Shown one piece after another: positions 39,455 to 49,179 of a stretch of 64,000 nucleotides of DNA; the stretch's first letter is position 1, and each line of letters opens with the position of its first letter. The stretch lies in assembly GCA_036377095.1 (NCBI GenBank), contig DASUZC010000014.1, forward strand, positions 2,544 to 66,543, written 5' to 3'. A program made the translations under genes and the position numbers. The notes below the pieces were generated by a model. That model saw only the letters and a list, made by a program, of their open reading frames with translations, did not search any database and had not been told where the DNA came from. The stretch is from Gemmatimonadaceae bacterium. Its GTDB lineage: Bacteria > Gemmatimonadota > Gemmatimonadetes > Gemmatimonadales > Gemmatimonadaceae.

Positions 39455-40339
39455 CCCTTTGAACTTGTTGAGCATGTTGGGCTCTTCCGGTGGTATGCGT
39501 GCTGCCTCGGCAAAGGCGTTGGCGAAAGCAACGACTGTCGGGTACCTGTCTGCCGGCGATCTCGACAACGCACGCGTGAGTACCGCTTCCAACTCTGCCG
39601 AAAAGCTTAACCCCTCGCCGGCATTTCTGAGTGGAATCGGCGGCATCGTCAGGAGTTGAGTGAACATCTCTCGTGGTGCCTTGGCTGTGTACGGCAAACA
39701 ACGCGTGATGAGGAAGTACGCAATAGTCGCCAGACTGTACTGGTCAGCGGCGGCAGTTACGATCTCACCGGACAGTGCTTCCGGTGCGATGTACATGAGA
39801 GTGCCGACAAAGAACCCCGCGCGAGTGAGTCTCTCGTCGCTGGATGCTTGTGTGTCAGCAGCAATTCCGAAGTCCAGCAGCTTAACAAGTCTGGTTCGCG
39901 GGTCGTACATCACGTTCTCAGGTTTGAGGTCGCGATGGACAATGTTCACGTCGTGTGCTGCCTGAACGGCGGCGGCGATTTGTGAGATAATGTTGGCGAC
40001 CTCTTCCGCGGGCATCGGCGCATGCTGCTTCGCATAGCGCTCGAGCAATTCACCTTCCGCCCACTCGATCGCGAGAAAATGCAGACCGTTGTCTGCCTGA
40101 CCGATCTCGATCGTTTCTACGGCGTTGGGGTGTTTGACACGGGCGCCGTATTTCGCCTCGCGAACGAAACGTGCGACAGCTGTCTTGTCCTGGCGTAACT
40201 TTTCCCGTAGCACTTTGAGGGCGACAGTGCCATGATTGGGATGGTCTGCCAGGTACACGGCCGACGTTCCGCCTTCGCCAACCTCTTTTTTGATTGTGTA
40301 GCCCGCGACTCGGGTACCGACCATCTGTTCTCGAGACAC
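39434..40339 (-). CDS. Hanks-type Ser/Thr protein kinase, kinase domain only
   Basis: GEGG, ALK, HRDLKPEN, DFG, GT..Y.APE. Confidence 0.95.
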   Translation of the reverse strand: MSREQMVGTRVAGYTIKKEVGEGGTSAVYLADHPNHGTVALKVLREKLRQDKTAVARFVREAKYGARVKHPNAVETIEIGQADNGLHFLAIEWAEGELLERYAKQHAPMPAEEVANIISQIAAAVQAAHDVNIVHRDLKPENVMYDPRTRLVKLLDFGIAADTQASSDERLTRAGFFVGTLMYIAPEALSGEIVTAAADQYSLATIAYFLITRCLPYTAKAPREMFTQLLTMPPIPLRNAGEGLSFSAELEAVLTRALSRSPADRYPTVVAFANAFAEAARIPPEEPNMLNKFKGLLRRNR

Positions 40340-40389
40340 GCCGCGAAGGTAATAGAAACAGAGATGGCCGGATAGGGTATTAGCCGCAC

Positions 40390-41784
40390 ATGCCGATCAA
40401 CTCATCACGACTTTTTTTACTTCTCATTGCAGCCGCGGCATCGGTAGTTACCGGATGCAGCAGCACCGGAACGCCGAGCCCGAATCCCGAGCCGAGCATA
40501 AATACGGTGCCGACGCTGGGGCCCGCCGTGCTGGATGCCAGTACACTCTACCGCCAGATCGGTTTGATTGCGGCTCCGGCGCCTGTTCCGTTCGTCGGGA
40601 AAGTCTCGGCGTTTGCCAGCGCTTCACCGGATACAACGCTTGTGCTGGTGAGTTTGTCGCTGCCAAACAAGGCTCTGACATTTACACGAGAAGGCGATCG
40701 TTACCGCGCGCCGTATGAAGTGAAGTTGACGCTTAATCGTGGCAGTGTCGAAGCGGCTAAAGTTGACGCGATGGAAATCGTCAGGGTCGGCTCCTTTCGG
40801 GAGATAAACCGCACCGACGAGAGCATCATCTTCCAGCACTATTTCCATGTCGCACCTGGGACGTATGGGCTGTCGGCCAGCGTGCGGGATGTCGGCGGAT
40901 CCCGGGGAGCTATTCAAGAGGTCTCGGTCAGTGTCCCGGCGCTGACTCCCGGTCATCTCTCGACGCCGACACTGGTTTACGAAGCAACGGGCCGATCCAC
41001 GCTCGACTCAGTACCTGGATTACTGGCCAGTCCGAGGTCGAGCGCTGTCTTTGGTCGTGACAGCACTGTTGCCGTATATGTGGAAGGATATGGACAAGGT
41101 GCCCGACTGCCTGTCGTGTTCGTGGTCCGGAATGAGAAAGGAACGCAGGTTTGGCGCGATTCAACACAACTCGCGCGACGGGGTGGTCTGTTCAGCGGTG
41201 TCGTCAATGTGCCGATATCAACGGTCGGAGTAGGAATGGCCCAAGTCTACTTCACACACCGTGACGCTCCGCAGGATACGGCAAGTGCACCACTATTCGT
41301 CAGCTTCGGTGAAGACATCCCGCTGATGTCCTATGAGGACATGCTCGGCTATCTTCGTTTCTTCGCCGGCTCCTCGCGATTGAATGCGCTACGTGACGCA
41401 GCACCGGAAAGGCGGGCTACAGAATGGGCACAGTTCCTACGGGCCACTGACCCCATTCCCGAAACTCCGATCAACGAGGATCTGCAGTCATATTTCGCGC
41501 GAATCCAGATTGCCAATGGGCAGTTCCGGATGGACCGGAGTCCCGGCTGGCTCTCGGATCGCGGATCGGTCTACGTAGCGCTCGGTGAGCCGGACCAGAT
41601 TTTCGAGAGGAACGTCAGTGGTACCCTGACGACTACGCAAATGGGAGGATCTACACGGCTTCAGATCTGGCAGTATCGTCAGTACAACACGCAGCTGGTT
41701 TTCTACGAAGAGACTGGCCGCTGGAGGCTGACACGTCCAAGCGAGAGCGAGTTTCTCGCTATAAACGCACGCCGACAGCACTAG
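40390..41784 (+). CDS. GWxTD domain lipoprotein
   Basis: Lipobox VTGC; DP.PETP.NE...YF.R...AN..F...GWLSDRG.VY..LGEPD. Confidence 0.88.
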   Translation: MPINSSRLFLLLIAAAASVVTGCSSTGTPSPNPEPSINTVPTLGPAVLDASTLYRQIGLIAAPAPVPFVGKVSAFASASPDTTLVLVSLSLPNKALTFTREGDRYRAPYEVKLTLNRGSVEAAKVDAMEIVRVGSFREINRTDESIIFQHYFHVAPGTYGLSASVRDVGGSRGAIQEVSVSVPALTPGHLSTPTLVYEATGRSTLDSVPGLLASPRSSAVFGRDSTVAVYVEGYGQGARLPVVFVVRNEKGTQVWRDSTQLARRGGLFSGVVNVPISTVGVGMAQVYFTHRDAPQDTASAPLFVSFGEDIPLMSYEDMLGYLRFFAGSSRLNALRDAAPERRATEWAQFLRATDPIPETPINEDLQSYFARIQIANGQFRMDRSPGWLSDRGSVYVALGEPDQIFERNVSGTLTTTQMGGSTRLQIWQYRQYNTQLVFYEETGRWRLTRPSESEFLAINARRQH

Positions 41785-41854
41785 CGTATCTGCAGTGTGG
41801 CGGGAGTTCCAGATTACCCGCCGCCCGAAGTAAAGCGCGTTTTATATTCACATA

Positions 41855-44803
41855 ATGGAAGGTCCTGAAAAACCGCGGCTTTTCCTCGTCGACGGTTATG
41901 CGCTGATCTATCGCGCATTCTTCGCCATGATTGCGCGCCCGCTGACAACCAGCAAGGGCGAGAACACATCGGCCAGTTATGGAATCGCCACATTCCTGCA
42001 ACGGCTGATCACGAAGCATCAGCCTGAGTACCTTGGCTGGGTTCACGATTCCGGTCTCTCGTTCCGCCATGAACGCTACCCGGCATACAAGGCGACGCGC
42101 GAGAAACTGACCGAAGAGCTGCAATCGGATTTCGATCGTGGCATGGACCGGATATGCGAGATGCTCGATGCCTACCGCATCCCAATCCTTACGCTCCCCG
42201 GTTACGAAGCCGACGATGTAATCGGCTCTCTGGTGTCGCAAAGTGCAAAAGCTGGCGTGAATGCCGTTGTCATATCTGGCGACAAGGACTTTCAGCAGCT
42301 GGTGCGTCCGGGTGTCTGGCTACTCAACCCGGGCCGCGGCGGCAGCGCGAACGTCGAGGAGCACTGGGTGAATGTGGAGAATGCGGAAGACCGGCTCGGT
42401 GTAGCACCCGAGTTCGTCACCGATTATCTGGCGCTGGTCGGCGACTCCTCGGACAACATTCCCGGCGTGCGTGGAATCGGCGATAAAACTGCCTCGGAGC
42501 TGGTGCGCCAGTTCGGTCACCTCGAATCCATTCTGGAGCATGCCCCGGAGATCACGAAGAAGCGCCCACGTGAGGCGCTGCTCGAGCATGCCGCGAATGC
42601 TCGCCTCTCGAAGGAATTAGTCACTATTCGCGACGATTTACCTGTATCGCTCGATCTCGAGGCACTGAGGATCAAAACGCCGGATCATCAGCGCCTTCGC
42701 GACCTGTTCATCGAGCTGGAGTTCCACGCGCTGGCGCGAGAGATCGTCGTCCAGGCACCGGCGGAAGAAAAGCCAGGAAAGGCGCTCAATTACAGCACCG
42801 CAGATACGCTCGATCTCGTGGCTCAGGCAGTCGCGCGCGCGAGAGAAGCCAGGGTCATCTCCCTCGATACGGAGGCGCTGTCAAACCCCGATAGTCCTCA
42901 GCCGACGGACCCGTTGCGCTCATCTCTTATCTCGATCTCGATCGGTGTGGGTGGTGGAGAGGCCTTTTACTTCCCGTTTCAGCATCGGTTGCCCCGTAAT
43001 ACTCAGGGAGAGCTGTTGGTCGATCTGGCGGGCGATCGCGCTGCGACTGACGCGCCGGAAGAGCGCGGACTGATTCGCGGTGGTGACGAAGTCTTTCCGG
43101 AGGCGCCAACCCGAAAGAAAAAGACCAACGGTGAAGCGCCATTGAGCATTGCCGCGCGGGTTTGGAGGGAGATGCGGTCCCCTGCGGTACGCAACCTTCC
43201 GCCGCTGCAGTCGCCCGAGATGAAGCCATTGCGCGATTTGCTGGAAGATCCTTCGGTGCGCAAGACGGTGCACAACGGAAAGTTCGATCTGCTGCTGTTA
43301 CGCTCGTTGGGCATTCGGCTGGCGGGTTTGGATTTCGACACGATGCTTGCCAGCTATGTCCTCGATCCGAGTCGTCGGTCGCATGGACTCGATGTTCTCG
43401 CGCTCGAGTTCCTGGACCACACGATGATCTCGTACGCGGATCTCTGTGGTAAAGGCAAAACTGCTCTTGCCTTCGACGAATGTCCGGTGGAAGCAGCCCG
43501 CGATTACTCGTGTGAGGATGCGGACATGACTTTGCGTTTGCGCGAAGTGTTCGAGCCTCAGCTCGAGTCCCACGAACTAATGCGATTGCTCGACGGTGTC
43601 GAACTGCCTCTGGTTGACGTGCTGGCCGAAATGGAGTGGAGCGGCATTTCGATCGATCTGCCATGGTTCGCTTCGCTGAAGCAGCGCTTTCAATCCGACC
43701 GCGAGGCAGTCGAACGCCAGATTTACGAGAAGGCAGGAACCGAGTTCAACATCAACTCCAATCTCCAGCTGCGTGAGGTGCTGTTCGACCGGTTGAAGCT
43801 ACCGGTACTCAAGCGTACCAGTACCGGGCCCTCGACGGACGTGAGTGTGCTGACAGAGCTCGCCGAAGAAGGACATGAGATCCCGACGCTGTTGATGGAG
43901 TATCGCGAGCTCTCCAAGCTCGAGAACACCTATCTGGATGCGCTGCCGCGGCTGGTAAATCCGAGAACTGGCCGGCTTCACACATCATTCAATCAAACCG
44001 TCGCGACTACCGGTCGATTGTCCTCCAGCGATCCGAATCTTCAGAACATTCCGATCCGGCGGGAGCTCGGTCGCGACATTCGCCGCGGCTTCATCCCGCG
44101 AAAGGGATGGCGTTTGCTCGCTGCCGACTATTCGCAGATCGAGCTGCGATTGCTTGCTCATCTCTCGAGCGATCCTGCATTCGTCGAAGCATTCCGTGCC
44201 GGCGGCGATATCCACCGGCAAACAGCCGCATTGATCTTCGAGGTTCCGCTCGACGAGGTGACGGGCACGATGCGGTCTCGAGCGAAGACCATCAACTTCG
44301 CGACCATCTACGGGCAAGGTCCCCACGCCCTGTCGCGGCAACTCGGGATCGAACACGCTGAAGCAAAAGAATTCATCGCGCGCTATTTCCAGCGCTTCCA
44401 GGGTGTGCGCAATTATCTGGACGCGATGGTCGCCTTTGCGCGTGAGCACGGTTTTGTGCAAACGATCTTTGGCCGGCGCCGGTATATCCCCGAGCTTCGC
44501 GAGCGCAATTTCAACATTCGCGCATTTGGCGAGAGGACTGCCGCCAACTCTCCGATCCAGGGATCCGCAGCGGACCTGATCAAGATTGCCATGATCAGAA
44601 TCGACAATGCGCTGAGGAGCAAAGAGCTGCAAAGCAAAATGCTCCTACAGGTTCACGACGAGCTTGTTTTCGAGGTAATGCCAGAGGAACTGGATCCAGT
44701 TCAGGAGCTCGTGAAATACGAGATGGAAAACGCGGCACAATTGTCGGTGCCGCTTGTCGTCGACCTTGGTGTCGGTGACAATTGGCTCGAGACGAAACTC
44801 TGA
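41855..44803 (+). CDS. polA: DNA polymerase I
   Basis: 5' nuclease (EADD, GDSSDNIPG); exo motifs DTE, HNGKFD, YSCED; polymerase motifs DYSQIELR, K..NF...YG, QVHDE. Confidence 0.98.
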   Translation: MEGPEKPRLFLVDGYALIYRAFFAMIARPLTTSKGENTSASYGIATFLQRLITKHQPEYLGWVHDSGLSFRHERYPAYKATREKLTEELQSDFDRGMDRICEMLDAYRIPILTLPGYEADDVIGSLVSQSAKAGVNAVVISGDKDFQQLVRPGVWLLNPGRGGSANVEEHWVNVENAEDRLGVAPEFVTDYLALVGDSSDNIPGVRGIGDKTASELVRQFGHLESILEHAPEITKKRPREALLEHAANARLSKELVTIRDDLPVSLDLEALRIKTPDHQRLRDLFIELEFHALAREIVVQAPAEEKPGKALNYSTADTLDLVAQAVARAREARVISLDTEALSNPDSPQPTDPLRSSLISISIGVGGGEAFYFPFQHRLPRNTQGELLVDLAGDRAATDAPEERGLIRGGDEVFPEAPTRKKKTNGEAPLSIAARVWREMRSPAVRNLPPLQSPEMKPLRDLLEDPSVRKTVHNGKFDLLLLRSLGIRLAGLDFDTMLASYVLDPSRRSHGLDVLALEFLDHTMISYADLCGKGKTALAFDECPVEAARDYSCEDADMTLRLREVFEPQLESHELMRLLDGVELPLVDVLAEMEWSGISIDLPWFASLKQRFQSDREAVERQIYEKAGTEFNINSNLQLREVLFDRLKLPVLKRTSTGPSTDVSVLTELAEEGHEIPTLLMEYRELSKLENTYLDALPRLVNPRTGRLHTSFNQTVATTGRLSSSDPNLQNIPIRRELGRDIRRGFIPRKGWRLLAADYSQIELRLLAHLSSDPAFVEAFRAGGDIHRQTAALIFEVPLDEVTGTMRSRAKTINFATIYGQGPHALSRQLGIEHAEAKEFIARYFQRFQGVRNYLDAMVAFAREHGFVQTIFGRRRYIPELRERNFNIRAFGERTAANSPIQGSAADLIKIAMIRIDNALRSKELQSKMLLQVHDELVFEVMPEELDPVQELVKYEMENAAQLSVPLVVDLGVGDNWLETKL

Positions 44804-44804
44804 T

Positions 44805-45773
44805 TCAGCGTTTCAGGTGCGGCTCGAAGGCTGCCCAGTGAGCGCCCGCCAATAGCGTGACGAGATAAAGCGAAGCAATCCAGAAGGAGTGGGCAAGCGC
44901 ACCGATCAGTGTCAGGTGGATTGCGTAAGTAAAGAGCACCAGCCCGACGCCGATGATGATGGTGAACATTGCAGGCTCGTCGGCATCGGTGCTGATTCTC
45001 ATTGCCAGTCGTCTCGCTATTCGTATCGGCAGCCGGTGCGTGAAGCGGCCCCAGGCGGCTGCCAATCGAATTGCAGCTGTCCTGATCGTACTCTGGCGAG
45101 GCGGCTCTGCGCTGAGTTGCGGGGGCAGGTCTGCCCGCTCCGTTACGCTCTGCAATCTCTTGCGGAGCTCAGAGGTCAACGCAACATGATCGCCGGTAAC
45201 CGGCCATTGGTCCATGCTAATCGGCTCACCGACTCGTACTCCAACGACACTCCCAGGTACGGCCTTGTTCTCGAACAAGAGTCCGACGGGAACAATGTGC
45301 ACCGATTTAATGCCGGCTGTGTCTCGCGCTTGAAGCGCTACGCGTGCGAGCCCGGACTTCAGCGGAGCGAGCTCCTTGCTGTTACTGGTCCCCTCCGGGA
45401 AAATCAGCACTGCGCCGTTTTCTTTCAGTACCTGCAGCATTTCGCGAAACGCACTCGAGTTGCGCCCCGGGTCGAGCGGTTGTCCTACCTGATTGCCGGC
45501 TTCGTCACTCGCGCGACGCAACGGCACAACACCAACGGCCTTGAACAAGAGCGCGATGAACGGATTCTCGAGCAGTGTCGCTTTCGCTGTCATCACCACT
45601 CGTCGCGGCATCAACCATCCGATGACCAACGAATCGACGAGCGCGTTAGGGTGATTGACCGCGATCAGGAGTGGTACGTTGCGCGGAATCTTCTCTTTCC
45701 CGACGACGCGAATGTCGCCGTAAAACCAGTGGAGCGAGACGCCGGCAATCCATCTTAGCGCGCCGTAAATCAT
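44805..45773 (-). CDS. Phospholipid/glycerol acyltransferase
   Basis: NHPNALVD (HX4D), IFPEG, IVPVG; C-terminal TM helices. Confidence 0.9.
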   Translation of the reverse strand: MIYGALRWIAGVSLHWFYGDIRVVGKEKIPRNVPLLIAVNHPNALVDSLVIGWLMPRRVVMTAKATLLENPFIALLFKAVGVVPLRRASDEAGNQVGQPLDPGRNSSAFREMLQVLKENGAVLIFPEGTSNSKELAPLKSGLARVALQARDTAGIKSVHIVPVGLLFENKAVPGSVVGVRVGEPISMDQWPVTGDHVALTSELRKRLQSVTERADLPPQLSAEPPRQSTIRTAAIRLAAAWGRFTHRLPIRIARRLAMRISTDADEPAMFTIIIGVGLVLFTYAIHLTLIGALAHSFWIASLYLVTLLAGAHWAAFEPHLKR

Positions 45774-47236
45774 CTGCGTGCCGTGCGCGCGAAGTTGTCA
45801 GGAACACGCCTCAGCGTCCAAAGAGCCAACGCCATACCGATGGCTACTGTAACTACGCCAGCCCGGTAAGCAACGCCCTTTCCGAATACTGGAGTGAGTC
45901 CATCGACGGCAAATGCCCACACAAACGGACCGAACACCGCCGCCGCCCGTGATGAGAGCACCATCAGGCTGAAAAATCGACCAGCCTCGACGTCAGGAAC
46001 GAGACTTAGCAGCAACGGCCGCTCGGCTGTCGAGACACCTCCGTAGATCAATCCAATGCACGCACCGACTATCCAGAAGACGCTTCGTGATGGCGCGATA
46101 ATCATCGATACCAGCAACACGATCCAGGAAGCGAGCACCCATGACAGAGTTCTCTTCGGACCGAAGCGGTCGACCAGCCTGCCGATGCTGTAGGCACCGA
46201 TCACCGCCGGAACAGTAAGGATTACAAATAACGTCGCCTCTGCCCCCTGAACGAAACCCATCGCGAAGATGGCATAGAGCGCCATGTTTGCGATGATGGT
46301 TCCCATCGCGTCCTGATAGAGAAACGATGTGAGAATAAAGCGAAGCGTGCCTGGGTACTTCTTTGTCTCAGCGATGGTCTGGCGCACGTCCTGGAATGCC
46401 TCGCGCCACGCGACTCGCTTTCGACCGTGTATGGCGTTGTGATCTCGATTGAAAATGAAGAGTGGCAATGAAAACAGCAGAAACAGTATTGCGGTTGGAA
46501 CGAAGGTTGATACGCGGCCGCCATGGCCGGTAAAAGGAATCGCGGTACGCAGGAAACTGACAATCCTCTCCGGAATGGCACCGATGATGGGCATTGATCC
46601 CGTGAAGAAGGGGAACGTCAGGACTACTCCGGTGATTGAGCCCACGTAACCCAGTGCTGCTCCTAGTCCAGACAAACGACCGCGATAGTCTACCGGAACG
46701 AGCTCGGGCATCATCGCGTTGTAAAACGGCTGCGCGCCTTGGTAGGCATAGTTGGCGATCGTGAAAGCGGCGAGTACGCCAAAGAGCGCTACCCCTGAGG
46801 ACGGAAGCAGACTGACTCCATTGGCTGTGACTCCTTCGCCAACCAACGGCAATCCAAGCTGACCGAGCACACCGATCAGAACTGTCGACGCACACGCGAT
46901 CAACGTGAACCAGACGACCCACGGCTTTCTTCGCTGTGTAGCGTCTGAAATGGCGCCGAACACCGGGATAGAAACGACAACCATTGCTGATGCAATTCCA
47001 TTTACGGTTGCGTACAGTGTGTTGGTGCGTCCGAGGTCGCTAACGAGCCAGGCGGAGAAATACAGCGTCGCGATGTTCATCGAGAACACCGTATTCGCGA
47101 AATCGTAGAGCGCCCAGCTGAATCGCTCGCGGAATCTCGCCATTGGCGGATTCAGATCGCCGGCAGCCGTTATGTCGAGCTGATTGGCTCGGGACTCGGG
47201 ACTACCAGTTAGCGAACCTGTGATCGCCGTTTCCAT
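45770..47236 (-). CDS. MFS transporter (UMF1/Atg22-like)
   Basis: SWALYDFAN, FYNAMMP, GRLSG.G...GY.G, DRFG.K; about 12 TM helices. Confidence 0.9.
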   Translation of the reverse strand: METAITGSLTGSPESRANQLDITAAGDLNPPMARFRERFSWALYDFANTVFSMNIATLYFSAWLVSDLGRTNTLYATVNGIASAMVVVSIPVFGAISDATQRRKPWVVWFTLIACASTVLIGVLGQLGLPLVGEGVTANGVSLLPSSGVALFGVLAAFTIANYAYQGAQPFYNAMMPELVPVDYRGRLSGLGAALGYVGSITGVVLTFPFFTGSMPIIGAIPERIVSFLRTAIPFTGHGGRVSTFVPTAILFLLFSLPLFIFNRDHNAIHGRKRVAWREAFQDVRQTIAETKKYPGTLRFILTSFLYQDAMGTIIANMALYAIFAMGFVQGAEATLFVILTVPAVIGAYSIGRLVDRFGPKRTLSWVLASWIVLLVSMIIAPSRSVFWIVGACIGLIYGGVSTAERPLLLSLVPDVEAGRFFSLMVLSSRAAAVFGPFVWAFAVDGLTPVFGKGVAYRAGVVTVAIGMALALWTLRRVPDNFARTARR

Positions 47237-47354
47237 GCAGGCTCCGTGGAGTACGCCTCAACTCTACACTTTCCAGCGGGGTTCACAAATACGTATGGTG
47301 ACGTAGCAGCTAACGCTTCTCGACGTGTGCAGCGTTAGCCGTCAAATTACTGGC

Positions 47355-48275
47355 ATGCTCGTTGGCAGAGTTGTCGGTTGCGCAGTCGTTACTCTGCTCG
47401 TGATCGGAGAGGCATGTGGAGACCGCGGTCGATCAAATGCGGACTCCGCGCGCGCCCTTCCCCCTGTTTACCCGGGAGCGCCGACAGGGAACGCAGGTTG
47501 GGATCCTGACGCAGGCCCGGTAATGATCACGCCATTCGAAAACAGCTTGGACACGGTAGCGGTGATCGTGCCCGAAGCCACAGACAGTACCGTGTCGACT
47601 GTGGAAAGTACGAACGCGCCTGTTGCAGGGCTGACGTTCGACCTCTTTGGTCGCAGCGGGAAGATAGCGTCGGCGATGCGTGCTGCTTCACTCTCACCGG
47701 GAGACACAGCAAAGGAGGACTGCTATGGGTGGCCGCTCGCCAGACTGTCGGGAAAGCCGGCGGGCTGGACCGTTGGCTTCTCGAGCAATCGCGCTCAATC
47801 GATTCCACTTGATTCGATCGAAGCGTTGCGCAGCAGTGATTCAGCTTCGCTCGCTGCATCACTGGCGCGTGCTGCAGCGACTCTTCCCAGTGCCTCGGAT
47901 CCGACTTTTCGCGGACTGCCTTTCCGGGTACGGTCTGCTTTCACTTTCCGCATCGACTCTGTCGATGTGGTCGTCGCAGACGTTGTGCGTGTCGTCAACG
48001 AGGAAGCCAATCCGCGAATCGAGCATCTCCTCATGGTCGGCGAGCGACTGCATGGCAGCTCGGGTGCGTACACCGTGCGCTACTCGAACAGAACCGCGGG
48101 ATCGGAAGAGTCGACGCAGGCGAGTGAGCTTCTCGCTGTTCTCGGGTTCGGGCAGGCCAAACGGCCGGCGATTGTCATCGGCATCGAGTACAGCGACGGC
48201 AACAGACTCGGCTTACTGGAAAGAATTTCCGGTGAGTGGCGTGCGACCTGGAGAAGCGCGTACACCGATTGCTAG
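47355..48275 (+). CDS. Hypothetical exported/lipoprotein
   Basis: Signal-like N-terminus ending GEAC; ends ...AYTDC. Confidence 0.7.
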   Translation: MLVGRVVGCAVVTLLVIGEACGDRGRSNADSARALPPVYPGAPTGNAGWDPDAGPVMITPFENSLDTVAVIVPEATDSTVSTVESTNAPVAGLTFDLFGRSGKIASAMRAASLSPGDTAKEDCYGWPLARLSGKPAGWTVGFSSNRAQSIPLDSIEALRSSDSASLAASLARAAATLPSASDPTFRGLPFRVRSAFTFRIDSVDVVVADVVRVVNEEANPRIEHLLMVGERLHGSSGAYTVRYSNRTAGSEESTQASELLAVLGFGQAKRPAIVIGIEYSDGNRLGLLERISGEWRATWRSAYTDC

Positions 48276-48300
48276 GGTTCTGAGCACGATGTCCTGACGG

Positions 48301-49074
48301 TCAGAGTCCTGTCGGTGCACTGATGAAGTGCCATGGCACTTTGTATTTGTCGCCGAGATGTTGCGCGAGTGCGCAAACACCGAGCGTTTCCGTTGCGTAA
48401 TGTCCGGCGTAGATGATCACCAAATCGTTTTCTTCGGCAGTGATGGCAGTCCAATGCGGACCTTCGCCGACAATGAGAGTATCGATTCCTGCATCGATCG
48501 CCTCTTTCAGTGTATCAGCTGCTGCACCGGCTCCGCTGCACATGCCCCAGCGCTGCGTGCGCCGACCATCTTTAATCAACGTTGTTCTGACCGCGTGTCC
48601 GTAATTGCGTGCGAATTTCGTCGCTCGCTCTACCAGCGTTTGAGTAGAGACATCAGCATCACCGGCGACGCCAATTTGAATTCCCTCATAGCGTGCGAAT
48701 TCTCTACTGGGCGTAAGCGCAAGCTCTTTGGCGAGCAGAACGTTGTTGCCAAGGGTTTTGTGGCAATCCAGTGGAATGTGTGAGGAGTAGACAGCGATGT
48801 CGTTCTCGAGGAGCAGACGTACGCGCCGATATGCTGCTCCCGTCAACGGGCCCAAGCCACCCCAAAACATCCCGTGATGAACGACCAATAGATTAGCGTC
48901 TACCGTCTTGGCACCTTCGATTGCGCGAGTGGATAGATCAACTGCCGCCGCAATTCCCCGGAGTGGAGCGCGACTCTGGAGCTGAAGACCGTTGAGTGCG
49001 CTCGAGTAATCCGGGATGCGCGCCGTGCTCAACAGCTCATCTGCATACGCAGCTACCTCATCCATGGTAGTCAT
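48301..49074 (-). CDS. Nif3/YbgI-like dinuclear metal centre protein
   Basis: NGLQ, VHHG, H.PLD.H...GNN, SGAG, GHYATE. Confidence 0.94.
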   Translation of the reverse strand: MTTMDEVAAYADELLSTARIPDYSSALNGLQLQSRAPLRGIAAAVDLSTRAIEGAKTVDANLLVVHHGMFWGGLGPLTGAAYRRVRLLLENDIAVYSSHIPLDCHKTLGNNVLLAKELALTPSREFARYEGIQIGVAGDADVSTQTLVERATKFARNYGHAVRTTLIKDGRRTQRWGMCSGAGAAADTLKEAIDAGIDTLIVGEGPHWTAITAEENDLVIIYAGHYATETLGVCALAQHLGDKYKVPWHFISAPTGL

Positions 49075-49179
49075 CAGGGCTGACAGATTTGTGTGGAGAA
49101 CTTTTTTCAGCGCTCAAACGCAATATATGTAACCCATTGTCCCATCACTACTTACACAATGAGTTATCAACAATGTTGA

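Noticed and set aside
42986-43200. Intein in polA
   Set aside because: No C/S start, no HN/N-C/S/T end, and too short.
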